Position numbers and translations under genes: made by a program. The notes below the pieces were generated by a model, which saw only the letters and a program-made list of their open reading frames with translations, had not been told where the DNA came from and ran no database searches. 64,000 bases of DNA from a virus, in the IMG/VR virus record IMGVR_UViG_3300042731_005935, positions 1 through 64,000 of that record; one strand, written 5' to 3'. Below are positions 8,298 to 17,871 of the stretch, in pieces. Position 1 is the first letter of the stretch. The number at the start of each line of letters is the position of its first letter.

Positions 8298-9173
8298 ATG
8301 TCGAATCCTCGCCGTATAAGAACCGTAGCCGAAAGGACCGATAAATGGTTATTGGCCCGGCAGCGGAAACATGTCAAGATGGTAGAGAAAAGCGTGGAGA
8401 ACTTGCAAAACAAGATTATAAACTCCGTGCAAACACTCTCTACCAAGCGAGGACAGCTTGAAGGTGTGCGTGTAAATCTAAAGCAAGCTCAGAAAGTACA
8501 CAAGGATGTTATACGTCTTTTCGGTGATCAGTTCAGCCGTGACATGCGGCGTATGATTGATGACTTTAGTTCGGTGGAGAGTTTAATTGAATCGAGTTAT
8601 TCCTATTTAGGTGAGTCAGTAAAATTCACCGGGCTTGACCGTACAACTATGGACATTTTGAAAGATGGTTATTGGAGAGATTACTTGGCGATTGGTGATC
8701 AACAAAAAAATAAAGTTATCCAAGAGATATATAACCAAGTGATTGCCGGAGGAGAATTCTCTCAACTTGTTGGTTCGGTCGAGCAAGCACTCCTCGGAAG
8801 TAATCTTACCGGTGTGACCGGGCGCCCGCTTGTAGGCTATGCGCGCCTGTATGCCCGGGATATGATAATGAATTTCCATAATGAGGTGAATATAAAAAAG
8901 GCAGAAGAAATTAATATTAAACACTTTCTTTATGTGGGAGATATTATTGCCACCACCCGACAGTTTTGCAAGACCCGTGTGGGAAAGTACTACACAAAGA
9001 ATCAAATTCAATCATGGACTTACCGCTGGGCTGGTAAGAGCGGTCCCGCGTTCACTCATAGAGGCGGATGGAATTGTCGTCATCATTGGCAACCAATAAG
9101 ACCAGAATGGCTTGAGGGAAAGAAGAAATTAGATGTTGCCGATTGGAATCTTGAGAAAAGAGGGAATGGTTAA
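8298..9173 (+). CDS. Minor head/head morphogenesis protein (MuF/SPP1 gp7-like)
   Basis: Follows the portal; 'TRQFC...RGGWNCRHHW' motif. Confidence 0.85.
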   Translation: MSNPRRIRTVAERTDKWLLARQRKHVKMVEKSVENLQNKIINSVQTLSTKRGQLEGVRVNLKQAQKVHKDVIRLFGDQFSRDMRRMIDDFSSVESLIESSYSYLGESVKFTGLDRTTMDILKDGYWRDYLAIGDQQKNKVIQEIYNQVIAGGEFSQLVGSVEQALLGSNLTGVTGRPLVGYARLYARDMIMNFHNEVNIKKAEEINIKHFLYVGDIIATTRQFCKTRVGKYYTKNQIQSWTYRWAGKSGPAFTHRGGWNCRHHWQPIRPEWLEGKKKLDVADWNLEKRGNG

Positions 9174-9667
9174 TGAGACTTGATAATTTGACAGATGGAA
9201 GGGTTCATCCTTCGGATGGTGGTGTAAATGATCATCATGCTGCTCCGATTTCTGTTGATTTCATAAATACAACCCAATCCTTGCCACCCGGGACTTCGTA
9301 TAACCTTGATGTCTCTTTGGGTCGTGATGATTTTCGGTTCGCCCGGGTTATGATAATTGGACCGAATGATTCAGCAGGATTAAATTCTCCTTGGAAAGAG
9401 TGTGCCGAATTATTAGTGACCAGGGACTCTACCAAGGCTATGGGACATAGTATTTCGAACGCTGGTCAAAAGAAAGTTTATGCGTCCACTTATTCGAAGC
9501 AGAATTCGGATTCATATTTAACTCACAAGATTTTCAATGCTGGGGTCGGTGATTATATTGCCGTGGAAAATGCAGTATTAACCGGCAGTGTTCTTCGGTT
9601 AACCTTCCGAAGTTTTTACGGTGGCTCAATGACCCTGAATGTTCGGGGTCAAGCTTTGTTATGGTAG
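9173..9667 (+). CDS. Beta-rich putative virion protein, paralogue A
   Basis: N-terminal H...DHH motif and 'YSK..SDSYLTHKIF' shared with the next two ORFs. Confidence 0.7.
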   Translation: MRLDNLTDGRVHPSDGGVNDHHAAPISVDFINTTQSLPPGTSYNLDVSLGRDDFRFARVMIIGPNDSAGLNSPWKECAELLVTRDSTKAMGHSISNAGQKKVYASTYSKQNSDSYLTHKIFNAGVGDYIAVENAVLTGSVLRLTFRSFYGGSMTLNVRGQALLW

Positions 9668-9673
9668 GTGATC

Positions 9674-10165
9674 ATGAAACTTGATGCAAATAGAAAAATT
9701 ACTGACCATGATTTAATGACTGGTATTGGAGAAGATGATCACCATAACCGGGGAACATCAGTTAAGGTTTTGATCAACTCCCAGTCAATATCTGCTCAAT
9801 CTGCTTATGAAGTTCGGATCGATCTGGGAGCCAGTGGTTATCGGACATTCCGTGTTTTGTTACGGGGCAGTAGTAATGTTGATATCCAAGGTCACACCGG
9901 GGTTTTTGTAATTGCCGGCGGGGCAAGCGAAGATTGCTCCGGAATTGGGATTGAACCCTATGGAGCAGCAGAGTATACAATTTCATATATGGGGGCTTAT
10001 TCTCGGATTCACGGAGACTCTTATTTATCTCCGATCGGTACCTTCGGTACAAATATAGCATTACGGGATGCCTATATCGATGATAACGAGGCGGTCCTTG
10101 AATTTTATAATGCGTCAGTATCTACCCAGGATTTAAAAGTTTACGGGACATTAGTGGTGAAATAA
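9674..10165 (+). CDS. Beta-rich putative virion protein, paralogue B
   Basis: 'DHDLMTGIGEDDHH', 'YSRIHGDSYLS', 'IALRDAYI'. Confidence 0.7.
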   Translation: MKLDANRKITDHDLMTGIGEDDHHNRGTSVKVLINSQSISAQSAYEVRIDLGASGYRTFRVLLRGSSNVDIQGHTGVFVIAGGASEDCSGIGIEPYGAAEYTISYMGAYSRIHGDSYLSPIGTFGTNIALRDAYIDDNEAVLEFYNASVSTQDLKVYGTLVVK

Positions 10166-10689
10166 TGAGATTAAAAGAGTATAGGGAACATCCAGCAACA
10201 CATGCAGCTTTGTCTAATGTTGGAATCGATCAACACCATGATCGTCCAGAGAATATTGAGGTTTCTAATACTTCTCTATTGGTTTATCCATTGCCGTCCG
10301 GGCCTTATACATGGGATATATCGGTCCCTTTGAATGCTAAGGTTGTTAAGTTTTCTTTTCGAAGCAATCATACGGTCGCCGAGGGAGGTGGTAAAGCCGG
10401 AGTTCATGGGATAGCAACAAGAAATCAATTCGAAACAACTGTATTTTCTTTGGGTGGTCATGGCACAACTTCAATTACTTCTTACAATGCGGTTTATTCT
10501 AAAGTTGCCTCGGCTACGAATCTATCCCATAAGGTCTTTTCTCAAGCGGATACCGAAAGTGTCTGCCTAACAGATGCTTATCTAACATTAATATCTGGAA
10601 CCGAAAGAGTTCTCAGAACAATCTGGACAAATTATGGGGGATCAATTGAGACCCTGAATTGCTGGGGAGAGGTTCAGGTTATCGGATGA
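10165..10689 (+). CDS. Beta-rich putative virion protein, paralogue C
   Basis: 'HAALSNVGIDQHH', 'YSKVASATNLSHKVF', 'LTDAYL'. Confidence 0.7.
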   Translation: MRLKEYREHPATHAALSNVGIDQHHDRPENIEVSNTSLLVYPLPSGPYTWDISVPLNAKVVKFSFRSNHTVAEGGGKAGVHGIATRNQFETTVFSLGGHGTTSITSYNAVYSKVASATNLSHKVFSQADTESVCLTDAYLTLISGTERVLRTIWTNYGGSIETLNCWGEVQVIG

Positions 10690-11918
10690 AAGATAAATTA
10701 AAAGTATTGGCAATTTGTCAGGAAGATCCTGAATGGTTACTTGGAGGTATGGGTCGGCATCTACAAGAACTTTATAAAGCTATGGCCAAAAGGGAAGATG
10801 TTTCGGTGGATTTATTAGTAGGAGGTCCATCTCATATCTCCTATGAATACAACGGTTTCCAAAAACACCATAGCCACAAATTATTGTGCTACAAACCGAA
10901 GGCAGCAAATATGGCAAGTCTCCTTATTACTGATATACAGCTTGCCACAACCCTAATGAAGTTAATTGCTGATGGGAATCGATGGGACCTTATTCATGTT
11001 CATGAATGGAACTCAATCCAGGTTGCCCGTATGGCTCGGGAAGCATTGGATATTCCAATGGTGGGTACAATGCATCTTTGTATCACAAAGTTGATGGAAG
11101 AAGCTCACCAGGATCCGACGAAATTACGGGAACCGGATATCTATTTAATGCAACAGGAGGGTCATTTGATTGTGGATGTTGATGAATTAATTCTTTGTTC
11201 GCAGGCTTATATTGATATGGCCAGAAGAACATTCATGACCGACCGCCCAATCAACCTAATTTACAACGGCATTGATATGAAGAAGTGGAGTAAAGATAAC
11301 GAGGCAGGGATTGAAGTAAAAAAACATCTTTCAATTTGTACAGATAAACCAATCGCCTTGTATGTCGGTCGTATTGCTGAGATGAAGGGGATTCGTGATC
11401 TCCTTAAAGCAATAGAAATATGGGATGACTGTCCCTATATGTTTGTTTTGGCAGGCGAAGTTAACGCAAATAGTGAAGCGGATAGAGAAAATTGGGACGT
11501 AACAAGAAAAATCAAAGAACTTGAAGAAATATGTCCTCAAAGAATACGGTGGGTAGGATTTCAAAACGACGATGATCTTAGAGGTCTTTATTCGCTTGCA
11601 GAAATAGGAATTATGCCGTCTGTCCATGAACCATTTGGGATAGTTGCACTTGAATTTATGGCAACTGGTGTACCACTTATTTGTACCGAAGTTGGAGGTC
11701 TCGGTGAAATAGTAATTGATGAAAATGGTAATGAATATGCGTTTATCATTGATCCTTGTTCTCCAGATCAGATAATAGAAGCTGCTAAACACCTACGTGA
11801 TAATACTTGCGCGAAAGAGGAGCTGTGTAGAAATGGAATCAAGAGAACAACAAAGTTTACTTGGGAATGTGCAGCAGAACAAACAGTTGCGCTCTACAGA
11901 AAAACAATTTCAAAATAA
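10686..11918 (+). CDS. Glycosyltransferase, GT-B/GT4 family
   Basis: GGMGRH N-terminal loop, 'YVGRIAEMKG', Ex7E motif 'EPFGIVALE'; ATGA overlap with paralogue C. Confidence 0.93.
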   Translation: MKDKLKVLAICQEDPEWLLGGMGRHLQELYKAMAKREDVSVDLLVGGPSHISYEYNGFQKHHSHKLLCYKPKAANMASLLITDIQLATTLMKLIADGNRWDLIHVHEWNSIQVARMAREALDIPMVGTMHLCITKLMEEAHQDPTKLREPDIYLMQQEGHLIVDVDELILCSQAYIDMARRTFMTDRPINLIYNGIDMKKWSKDNEAGIEVKKHLSICTDKPIALYVGRIAEMKGIRDLLKAIEIWDDCPYMFVLAGEVNANSEADRENWDVTRKIKELEEICPQRIRWVGFQNDDDLRGLYSLAEIGIMPSVHEPFGIVALEFMATGVPLICTEVGGLGEIVIDENGNEYAFIIDPCSPDQIIEAAKHLRDNTCAKEELCRNGIKRTTKFTWECAAEQTVALYRKTISK

Positions 11919-11931
11919 GGAGAAATTGAAA

Positions 11932-12438
11932 ATGTCTTTAAAGCCTTTGGTTCTTGCGACTCCTTACAGCTCGGTATCGCTTGATCACGTAAAAATAGCA
12001 AGATATCTTTTGGAAGATAACGATACATCAGGGCAACATTGGGTTGAAATATGGGTTATCCTTGGATATTTGGCAACTCCTGGCGATGAAAGCACATTTA
12101 TTCAACATGTTCATCCAATTTCTGGAGACGCCGCCTTTGGATATATGAAATTCGAAGATGGATTTCATCCATTAAATCCATCTACAGCTCTTGGAAAATG
12201 TGATGATTGCGGAACTTGGTATCAACAAACTTCTGGTGATTGCACGGAGCAAGGATGTAATGGTTCCATAGAACCTTATGATGGATATACAAGAATTATG
12301 GATGAAAATCCTCGCGGCCCCGGCGGCGCATTTGAAAAAACATATAATGCAATTCAATATTTTTTAATCAATGAGGCTGTTCCAAACCCCAATACATGGG
12401 TAGAAGAACCGATTATAGATGGTATGGAGTGGACATAA
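11932..12438 (+). CDS. Hypothetical protein with Cys cluster
   Basis: AGGAG RBS; CDDC...C....C. Confidence 0.7.
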   Translation: MSLKPLVLATPYSSVSLDHVKIARYLLEDNDTSGQHWVEIWVILGYLATPGDESTFIQHVHPISGDAAFGYMKFEDGFHPLNPSTALGKCDDCGTWYQQTSGDCTEQGCNGSIEPYDGYTRIMDENPRGPGGAFEKTYNAIQYFLINEAVPNPNTWVEEPIIDGMEWT

Positions 12439-12439
12439 A

Positions 12440-13111
12440 ATGGAAACAAGAATTCAAACAGATGAAACCGAAAGAATAGAAGTTTTATTATTGGATGGTT
12501 CACTTTCGCCACTTACAAGTCTCTCCAATGCTTTTCTTTCTATTCGTCGTGTAAGTGATGGTTATTGGTATGATTTTAATGATGACACTTTTAAAAATTC
12601 CGGCTGGACAACGCGCCAACAAGTTATGACAGAAACAGACTCAACAAATGATCAAGGAGTCTATCATTATGATTTTGATACTTCTGCCATCACTAACGTT
12701 TCTGCTAATGATACTTATGAATTAAGGGTTGATTGCGCTTCGGCAACAAATGTCCCTCAAATAGGAGAGATTAAAGTTGGACAGTTTATAGATTATATAA
12801 ACGGTTCAATTTCTTCAAGAGCTTTAGAAGCAAATGTTGAAGGACATGTAACTACCGCATTAAATACTTATGATCCTCCAACAAGATCCGAAGCTACATC
12901 AGACAAGGAAGAAGTACTTGCAGCAATCAATATTGCACAAAGTGATATTACCTTCTTAAAAGATATTGAAGGCGGAAGGTGGAAAATCGAAGGGGTTCAA
13001 ATGATTTTCTACAAGTCTGATAATTCAACTGAGGTTGCACGGTTTAATTTATTTGATGCTGCCGGAAATCCAACTTCGGCAGTGGAAGTATTTGAAAGAA
13101 GAAGAATATAA
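12440..13111 (+). CDS. Putative structural protein (Ig-like N-terminus)
   Basis: 'GVYHYDFD' beta-rich N-terminus; C-terminal 'FNLFDAAGNP' motif. Confidence 0.6.
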   Translation: METRIQTDETERIEVLLLDGSLSPLTSLSNAFLSIRRVSDGYWYDFNDDTFKNSGWTTRQQVMTETDSTNDQGVYHYDFDTSAITNVSANDTYELRVDCASATNVPQIGEIKVGQFIDYINGSISSRALEANVEGHVTTALNTYDPPTRSEATSDKEEVLAAINIAQSDITFLKDIEGGRWKIEGVQMIFYKSDNSTEVARFNLFDAAGNPTSAVEVFERRRI

Positions 13112-13112
13112 C

Positions 13113-13406
13113 ATGCAGACAATTATTATACGTGGCTTTAGTTTAGAAGGTGGCCACCAGAAGATTATAACCAGGGGTTATGGTTATTTTCTTGATAATA
13201 TTCAGAAAGAAATATTGCGTTTGGATTCATTGGTAACCCGTGTTACATCTATTGATGGAGGGGTTTGCTTAAATAAAAGTTTCAATTCGGAAATAATTAA
13301 TAATTTTGTTTTGAAATGTGAAATAAAGAAAATCGAAGAACAAGAATCGATTTTGCAAAAATCAATAACTTCCGATAGTTCAATACAGTTGGAGGATATT
13401 TTATGA
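13113..13406 (+). CDS. Hypothetical protein
   Basis: Tightly packed ORF; repeated IIxRG(F/Y). Confidence 0.6.
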   Translation: MQTIIIRGFSLEGGHQKIITRGYGYFLDNIQKEILRLDSLVTRVTSIDGGVCLNKSFNSEIINNFVLKCEIKKIEEQESILQKSITSDSSIQLEDIL

Positions 13407-13693
13407 CAACGACAACCGTTTTTGTTAATGATGTTGGAACAATTATCCGTCTCGATACCGGTGTTGATATATCAAACGCCACGGAGACGGTTATTGTAAT
13501 GAGAAAACCAGATAAAACAACAGTGGAGTTAAGCGCCACTATTTATGATACAACCACTTTACAATATATTACCGTTGATGGGGATATTAGTGCTGCTGGT
13601 ACCTATAAAGTTCAGGCAAAGGTTGTTACACCTGATTGGAGTGGGCGTGGATCAATAGCTACGTTTAATGTTTTGTCTGGGCTTTCAGACTAA
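13403..13693 (+). CDS. Small beta-sandwich protein (BppU N-terminal-like)
   Basis: 'NDVGT..DIS..RKPD..GDI..AGTYKVQ' pattern. Confidence 0.6.
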   Translation: MTTTTVFVNDVGTIIRLDTGVDISNATETVIVMRKPDKTTVELSATIYDTTTLQYITVDGDISAAGTYKVQAKVVTPDWSGRGSIATFNVLSGLSD

Positions 13694-13706
13694 GGAGGAA
13701 GTAATT

Positions 13707-14186
13707 ATGTATTACAAACCTAAACATTTTGTTGTAGAAGAGATATTTCCTCCAGGAATTATTGCCGAACATAACTCTATTGGTAAACTTGATCAGATTT
13801 GGAGACTTATGGATTGGAGAGTCCTTTGGACACAAGATCAACTCCGAGAGAGATATGGTTCAATGATTTGTAACGATTATTTGTGGGGCGGTAGTAATCA
13901 ATACCGTGTCTACCGCCCGGCAATTGGTTTGATTGACTGGGATTATTTCAGAAGATTCCGGGAAGTCAAAGCTAAATGGTCTTCTTTTACTTCTCAGCAC
14001 TGTTTTGGACGTGCAAGTGATAGTAAGTTTAAGAAGGTAACAACGGAAGAAGTGCGCCAGGATATCAAAAGGAATCCGGACCACGAAGCATTTAGGTATA
14101 TTACTGCTGTTGAGGATAAGGTCTCCTGGCTACATTTCGATACCCGCTCATGGAATCGAACCGAGAGCGGAATACTTTTTTTCTAA
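13707..14186 (+). CDS. Peptidase M15 family Zn peptidase (probable endolysin)
   Basis: 'SQHCFGRASD' (SxHxxGxAxD) and 'WLHFD'. Confidence 0.85.
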   Translation: MYYKPKHFVVEEIFPPGIIAEHNSIGKLDQIWRLMDWRVLWTQDQLRERYGSMICNDYLWGGSNQYRVYRPAIGLIDWDYFRRFREVKAKWSSFTSQHCFGRASDSKFKKVTTEEVRQDIKRNPDHEAFRYITAVEDKVSWLHFDTRSWNRTESGILFF

Positions 14187-14299
14187 GGAGGTGATGTTTG
14201 AATTGTCTATTGGTAAGAACTTTAAACGGCTTGAGGAAACTCTGGATAGAGAAGTACTCCGGCCATAACGAGCCTGGATGGGCCAAGGAGTAAAAAACT

Positions 14300-15181
14300 A
14301 TGACATGGAAACTAAAGACAGACCCCGAAAACAATGACGCCCCGGTGATTGACGACCAAGGTCGAATTGTTTACATCGATCCCGATGGCAAAGAACTGCC
14401 GCTTGATCCGCCGCAGATGTATAACAAGATATCCGAATTGGGTAAAGAAAATCAGACCCATCGAACAAAGCACGAAGAGGTGGTAAAGAAATTCGAAGCC
14501 TTCAAGGATATCGAAGACATTGCCAAGTGGAAGGAAGAGGCAGACAAAGCCTTGGAAGCCGTCGCCAACTTCAACGACAAAGACTGGATGAAGGCCGAGA
14601 AGGTAGATAGCATGAAGAAGCAGATTACCGATGCCTATGAACAGAAATTGAAAGATAAGGATAAAGGTATTGGTGATTTGAAGACTGAGCACCAACTGGC
14701 CATCGAGAAGTTGAATCAGCAAATCAGGCGGCTGCTTGTCTCCAATAAATTCGCCGTATCGAAATACTTCTCCGGCGGCGGGGACAAATCAGTCACCATT
14801 CTGCCTTCAAACATTGCCGAAGACCATTTTGGAAAATACTTCCAAGTGGAAGAAGGAAACGACGGCATGCCGACTATCAAGGCACTTTATGCTAATGGCG
14901 ATCCGGTTTTATCAAAGGTCAATCCTGGAGAGCCCGCGGACTTCGAAGAAGCCATCGGGTTGATCATCGATCAATATCCAGGGAAGGAGTCAATTCTCCG
15001 CGGTACTTCCGGTGGTTCCGGAGGCGGCGGAGGCGGTGGCGAAGATGAAACAGGGGATTCTGGCGACCTCGCTAAACTGAAAAAGCAGTACGCCGAAGCC
15101 CAAACAGCAGGTAATTCACGGCTTTGTGTTACCCTCAAAAATCGAATCTTCGAATTGGAGAGGAAACTAAAAGCTGCATAA
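14300..15181 (+). CDS. Head scaffolding protein
   Basis: Charged coiled-coil with a Gly-rich C-terminal linker, directly before the major capsid gene. Confidence 0.8.
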   Translation: MTWKLKTDPENNDAPVIDDQGRIVYIDPDGKELPLDPPQMYNKISELGKENQTHRTKHEEVVKKFEAFKDIEDIAKWKEEADKALEAVANFNDKDWMKAEKVDSMKKQITDAYEQKLKDKDKGIGDLKTEHQLAIEKLNQQIRRLLVSNKFAVSKYFSGGGDKSVTILPSNIAEDHFGKYFQVEEGNDGMPTIKALYANGDPVLSKVNPGEPADFEEAIGLIIDQYPGKESILRGTSGGSGGGGGGGEDETGDSGDLAKLKKQYAEAQTAGNSRLCVTLKNRIFELERKLKAA

Positions 15182-15232
15182 CCTCTAAATGGGCGGCTGG
15201 TAGTACTGCGGAAAACAAGGAGAATAAACACC

Positions 15233-16195
15233 ATGGCAAATACGAACAATCCAGCAACTATGTGGAACTGTCCGAACTATACCGGTGAACTTTACATGAT
15301 TGGCGCGAATCAAACGCCTTTCTTGAATATGATCGGTGGGCTCCAGGGCGGTCTCGTTCGGACCGTATCTTCGTTTGAATTCCCGTTGGCTCAACCGTGG
15401 GCCCTTGAATCCGCTTCACAACCCGAGGTTACGGAAACTGCTTCTCTTACGGCGCCCGATCCGTGGACTTATGTTCGCGGTCAGGATACAAACACTGTAC
15501 AGATCTTCCATCGTGCGGTGACCGTATCTTATGCCAAGCAGTCCGTGACGGGAGCAATCGTGGCCGATGCAACCACTGGCCTGGTTGATAAAAACGAAAA
15601 TCAGCCGGTTCAAAATGAGAAAGACTTCCAAATCACTGCGCATATGCGTCAAATTGCTGTGAATGCGGATTACACCTTTCTCAACGGTGCCTATCAGAAA
15701 GCCACAGATTCGGGAACGGCTGCCAAATCCCGTGGTATCATCACCGCCTGTGTGACCAACAGTGTGAACGCGAATTCCGCCGCACTGTCCCGGACCCTGA
15801 TCAACCAGTTGATCCGGACAATGGCCAACAACGGTGCCGAGTTCATGAACCCGGTTATTTTCTGTAATGCTTTTAACAAACAGAATATTTCGGAAATCTA
15901 CGGGTATGCCCCGGATTCCCGAAATGTCGGCGGAGTGAATATCAACCAAATTGAGACTGACTTTGCTATCCTTGGGGTTGTGTGGGCGCCGAACGTTCCG
16001 GCCTCTACCTTGCTGATTGCCGATTTGGCGGTCTGCAACCCGGTCTTCCTGCCCGTGCCCGATAAGGGAGTTCTGTTCTATGAAGAACTATCCAAGACGG
16101 GTGCTGCCGAGAAAGGTCAGATTTATGGCCAAATCGGTCTTGACTATGGTCCGGAAGAGTATCACGGCAAAATCACCAACCTGGCCACCAGCTAA
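15233..16195 (+). CDS. Major capsid protein
   Basis: 320 aa after the scaffold; 'TPFLNMIG', 'NTVQIF', 'LSKTGAAEKGQIYGQIGLDYGPE'. Confidence 0.9.
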   Translation: MANTNNPATMWNCPNYTGELYMIGANQTPFLNMIGGLQGGLVRTVSSFEFPLAQPWALESASQPEVTETASLTAPDPWTYVRGQDTNTVQIFHRAVTVSYAKQSVTGAIVADATTGLVDKNENQPVQNEKDFQITAHMRQIAVNADYTFLNGAYQKATDSGTAAKSRGIITACVTNSVNANSAALSRTLINQLIRTMANNGAEFMNPVIFCNAFNKQNISEIYGYAPDSRNVGGVNINQIETDFAILGVVWAPNVPASTLLIADLAVCNPVFLPVPDKGVLFYEELSKTGAAEKGQIYGQIGLDYGPEEYHGKITNLATS

Positions 16196-16244
16196 GTCTT
16201 CTTGACTTTTTACTTCCTAAAATAGGAGAAAGGAGACAGAGCAC

Positions 16245-16475
16245 ATGTCCAGTAAAGACAGGTTAGAAATCAGGAACTGGGTTAAGAATAACCCCGGTGT
16301 CCATCCCAAATTGCGCGAGTTCTTTGAGGTGCTTGACCGCGACTTGAAGGCGAACAATGTTTGGAGCACCACAACCACAACCACTTCAACTACGACCACC
16401 ACAACGTCGTCGACCACAACGTCGTCGAGTACGACCACGACGACCAGTAGTAGCACCACGACGACTACGGAATAG
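16245..16475 (+). CDS. Small protein with 35-residue Thr/Ser (mucin-like) C-terminal tail; possible capsid decoration
   Basis: AAGGAG RBS; ~40-aa domain followed by STTTTTTSTTTTTTSSTTTSSSTTTTTSSSTTTTTE. Confidence 0.8.
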   Translation: MSSKDRLEIRNWVKNNPGVHPKLREFFEVLDRDLKANNVWSTTTTTTSTTTTTTSSTTTSSSTTTTTSSSTTTTTE

Positions 16476-16505
16476 TTGAAGCAACGGTTCTGGGAGGATA
16501 ACCCA

Positions 16506-16946
16506 ATGGCAAAAACAAAACAAAAAGCCAGCGAACCAAAAGCATGGCGATTTTATCGGTCGAATCTTTCGACTATCGTATGGAACCCGAAATCGGAGCA
16601 ACCATTGGCCGATTTCACCGCTGGGCACTTTACTACCGATGACCCGAAGGTAGCCCGGACATTAAGAGAACTTGGATATCCTGAGATTCCGCTTGATGCT
16701 TCTGAGCCACCTGCAAATGTCATTATTAGTCAACCGACTCAAGCAATTGATGGAGATGTACCAATCGTTAGGTCATTAATGAATCAGGCGATTACTCCAA
16801 CGCCAAGTCAAGAGAAGGCAGTGGAGAAAAACCTGGCCATGAAGACCCATTCAGTTGGCGGGCCTCCTGCATTGAGATCGGAGGAGCAAACACATTCCAG
16901 CGGGATTACAAAGCTACCGCGTAGGCGGAAGAAAAAGACCGCGTAG
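16506..16946 (+). CDS. Hypothetical head-associated protein
   Basis: GGAGG RBS; 'FTTDDPKVARTLRELGY'. Confidence 0.7.
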   Translation: MAKTKQKASEPKAWRFYRSNLSTIVWNPKSEQPLADFTAGHFTTDDPKVARTLRELGYPEIPLDASEPPANVIISQPTQAIDGDVPIVRSLMNQAITPTPSQEKAVEKNLAMKTHSVGGPPALRSEEQTHSSGITKLPRRRKKKTA

Positions 16947-16956
16947 GAGATAGGCA

Positions 16957-17394
16957 ATGACGTACTGTGTTGACAGTGACCTTGTCAAATATCGCCCGAA
17001 CATCCTGTCCCTTGGTGTTGCCTCATGGGAAGACCAGCGGGAGGAAGCATATGCGTTGATCAACCGAGTTATTCAGGCTCGGTGGTATCGCAAAGTTGCG
17101 CCGGAGATGGGTTATGATCCGAATGTTACCTTGTTCGATCCGACCCAAATACGCACTGGTACGCTAACCAGGCTTGAGTGTTTCAAAACGCTTGAGCTTG
17201 CTTACATGCTCATGATGAAAGACTCTCCGGAAGCGGATGGCTTCGAAAGGAATATGAAGACTTTTCGTGACCGATACAATGAGGAATTGGAACTTATACT
17301 TGCGGTTGGTATTGATTACGATTGGTCGGATTCGGATTCATTTGATGATGACGAATTATATCTTCGGGCACCGCGGAGACTTGTACGGGGGTAA
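16957..17394 (+). CDS. Head-tail adaptor
   Basis: 'MTYC...DL' N-terminus, size and synteny. Confidence 0.7.
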   Translation: MTYCVDSDLVKYRPNILSLGVASWEDQREEAYALINRVIQARWYRKVAPEMGYDPNVTLFDPTQIRTGTLTRLECFKTLELAYMLMMKDSPEADGFERNMKTFRDRYNEELELILAVGIDYDWSDSDSFDDDELYLRAPRRLVRG

Positions 17395-17397
17395 ATC

Positions 17398-17871
17398 ATG
17401 GCAAACGCCATAAGCATAGACCTGGTTGGAATTACTCGTATTCAAAGGAAGTTAACACTTCTCCAAAATAGTATTTTCTCCAGGGCTTTGATGACGGAGA
17501 TTGGCCTCTTTGCCATGACCCGTATTAAGTCAAGAACGGTTGAAGGCAAGGATGTGGATGGTACACCATTCAAGCCTTATTCTCCAAAATACGCAATGTT
17601 CCGACAAGAGCATGGTCATCCGACCAATAAAGTCAACCTGACTTTTTCTGGTTCCATGTTATCTTCAATGACGTTTAACCCGGATGCGGATAAAGTAACA
17701 CTTTACTTCTTAAACACTTATGGATTTGGTGCTGGTAACAAAAGTCATACCAGTAATCCTAAAAAAGCATTCTTTTTGAATGAGGAACGGAGATTCTTTG
17801 CATTATCCGGAGAAGACGTTGAAGACATTGTGGATATCGTAGAACGTTATTACAGGAGGTTAATAGCATAA
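17398..17871 (+). CDS. Virion morphogenesis/neck protein (Mu gpG-like)
   Basis: 'GKDVDGTPFKPYS', 'NLTFSGSMLSSM', 'RRFFALS'. Confidence 0.75.
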   Translation: MANAISIDLVGITRIQRKLTLLQNSIFSRALMTEIGLFAMTRIKSRTVEGKDVDGTPFKPYSPKYAMFRQEHGHPTNKVNLTFSGSMLSSMTFNPDADKVTLYFLNTYGFGAGNKSHTSNPKKAFFLNEERRFFALSGEDVEDIVDIVERYYRRLIA

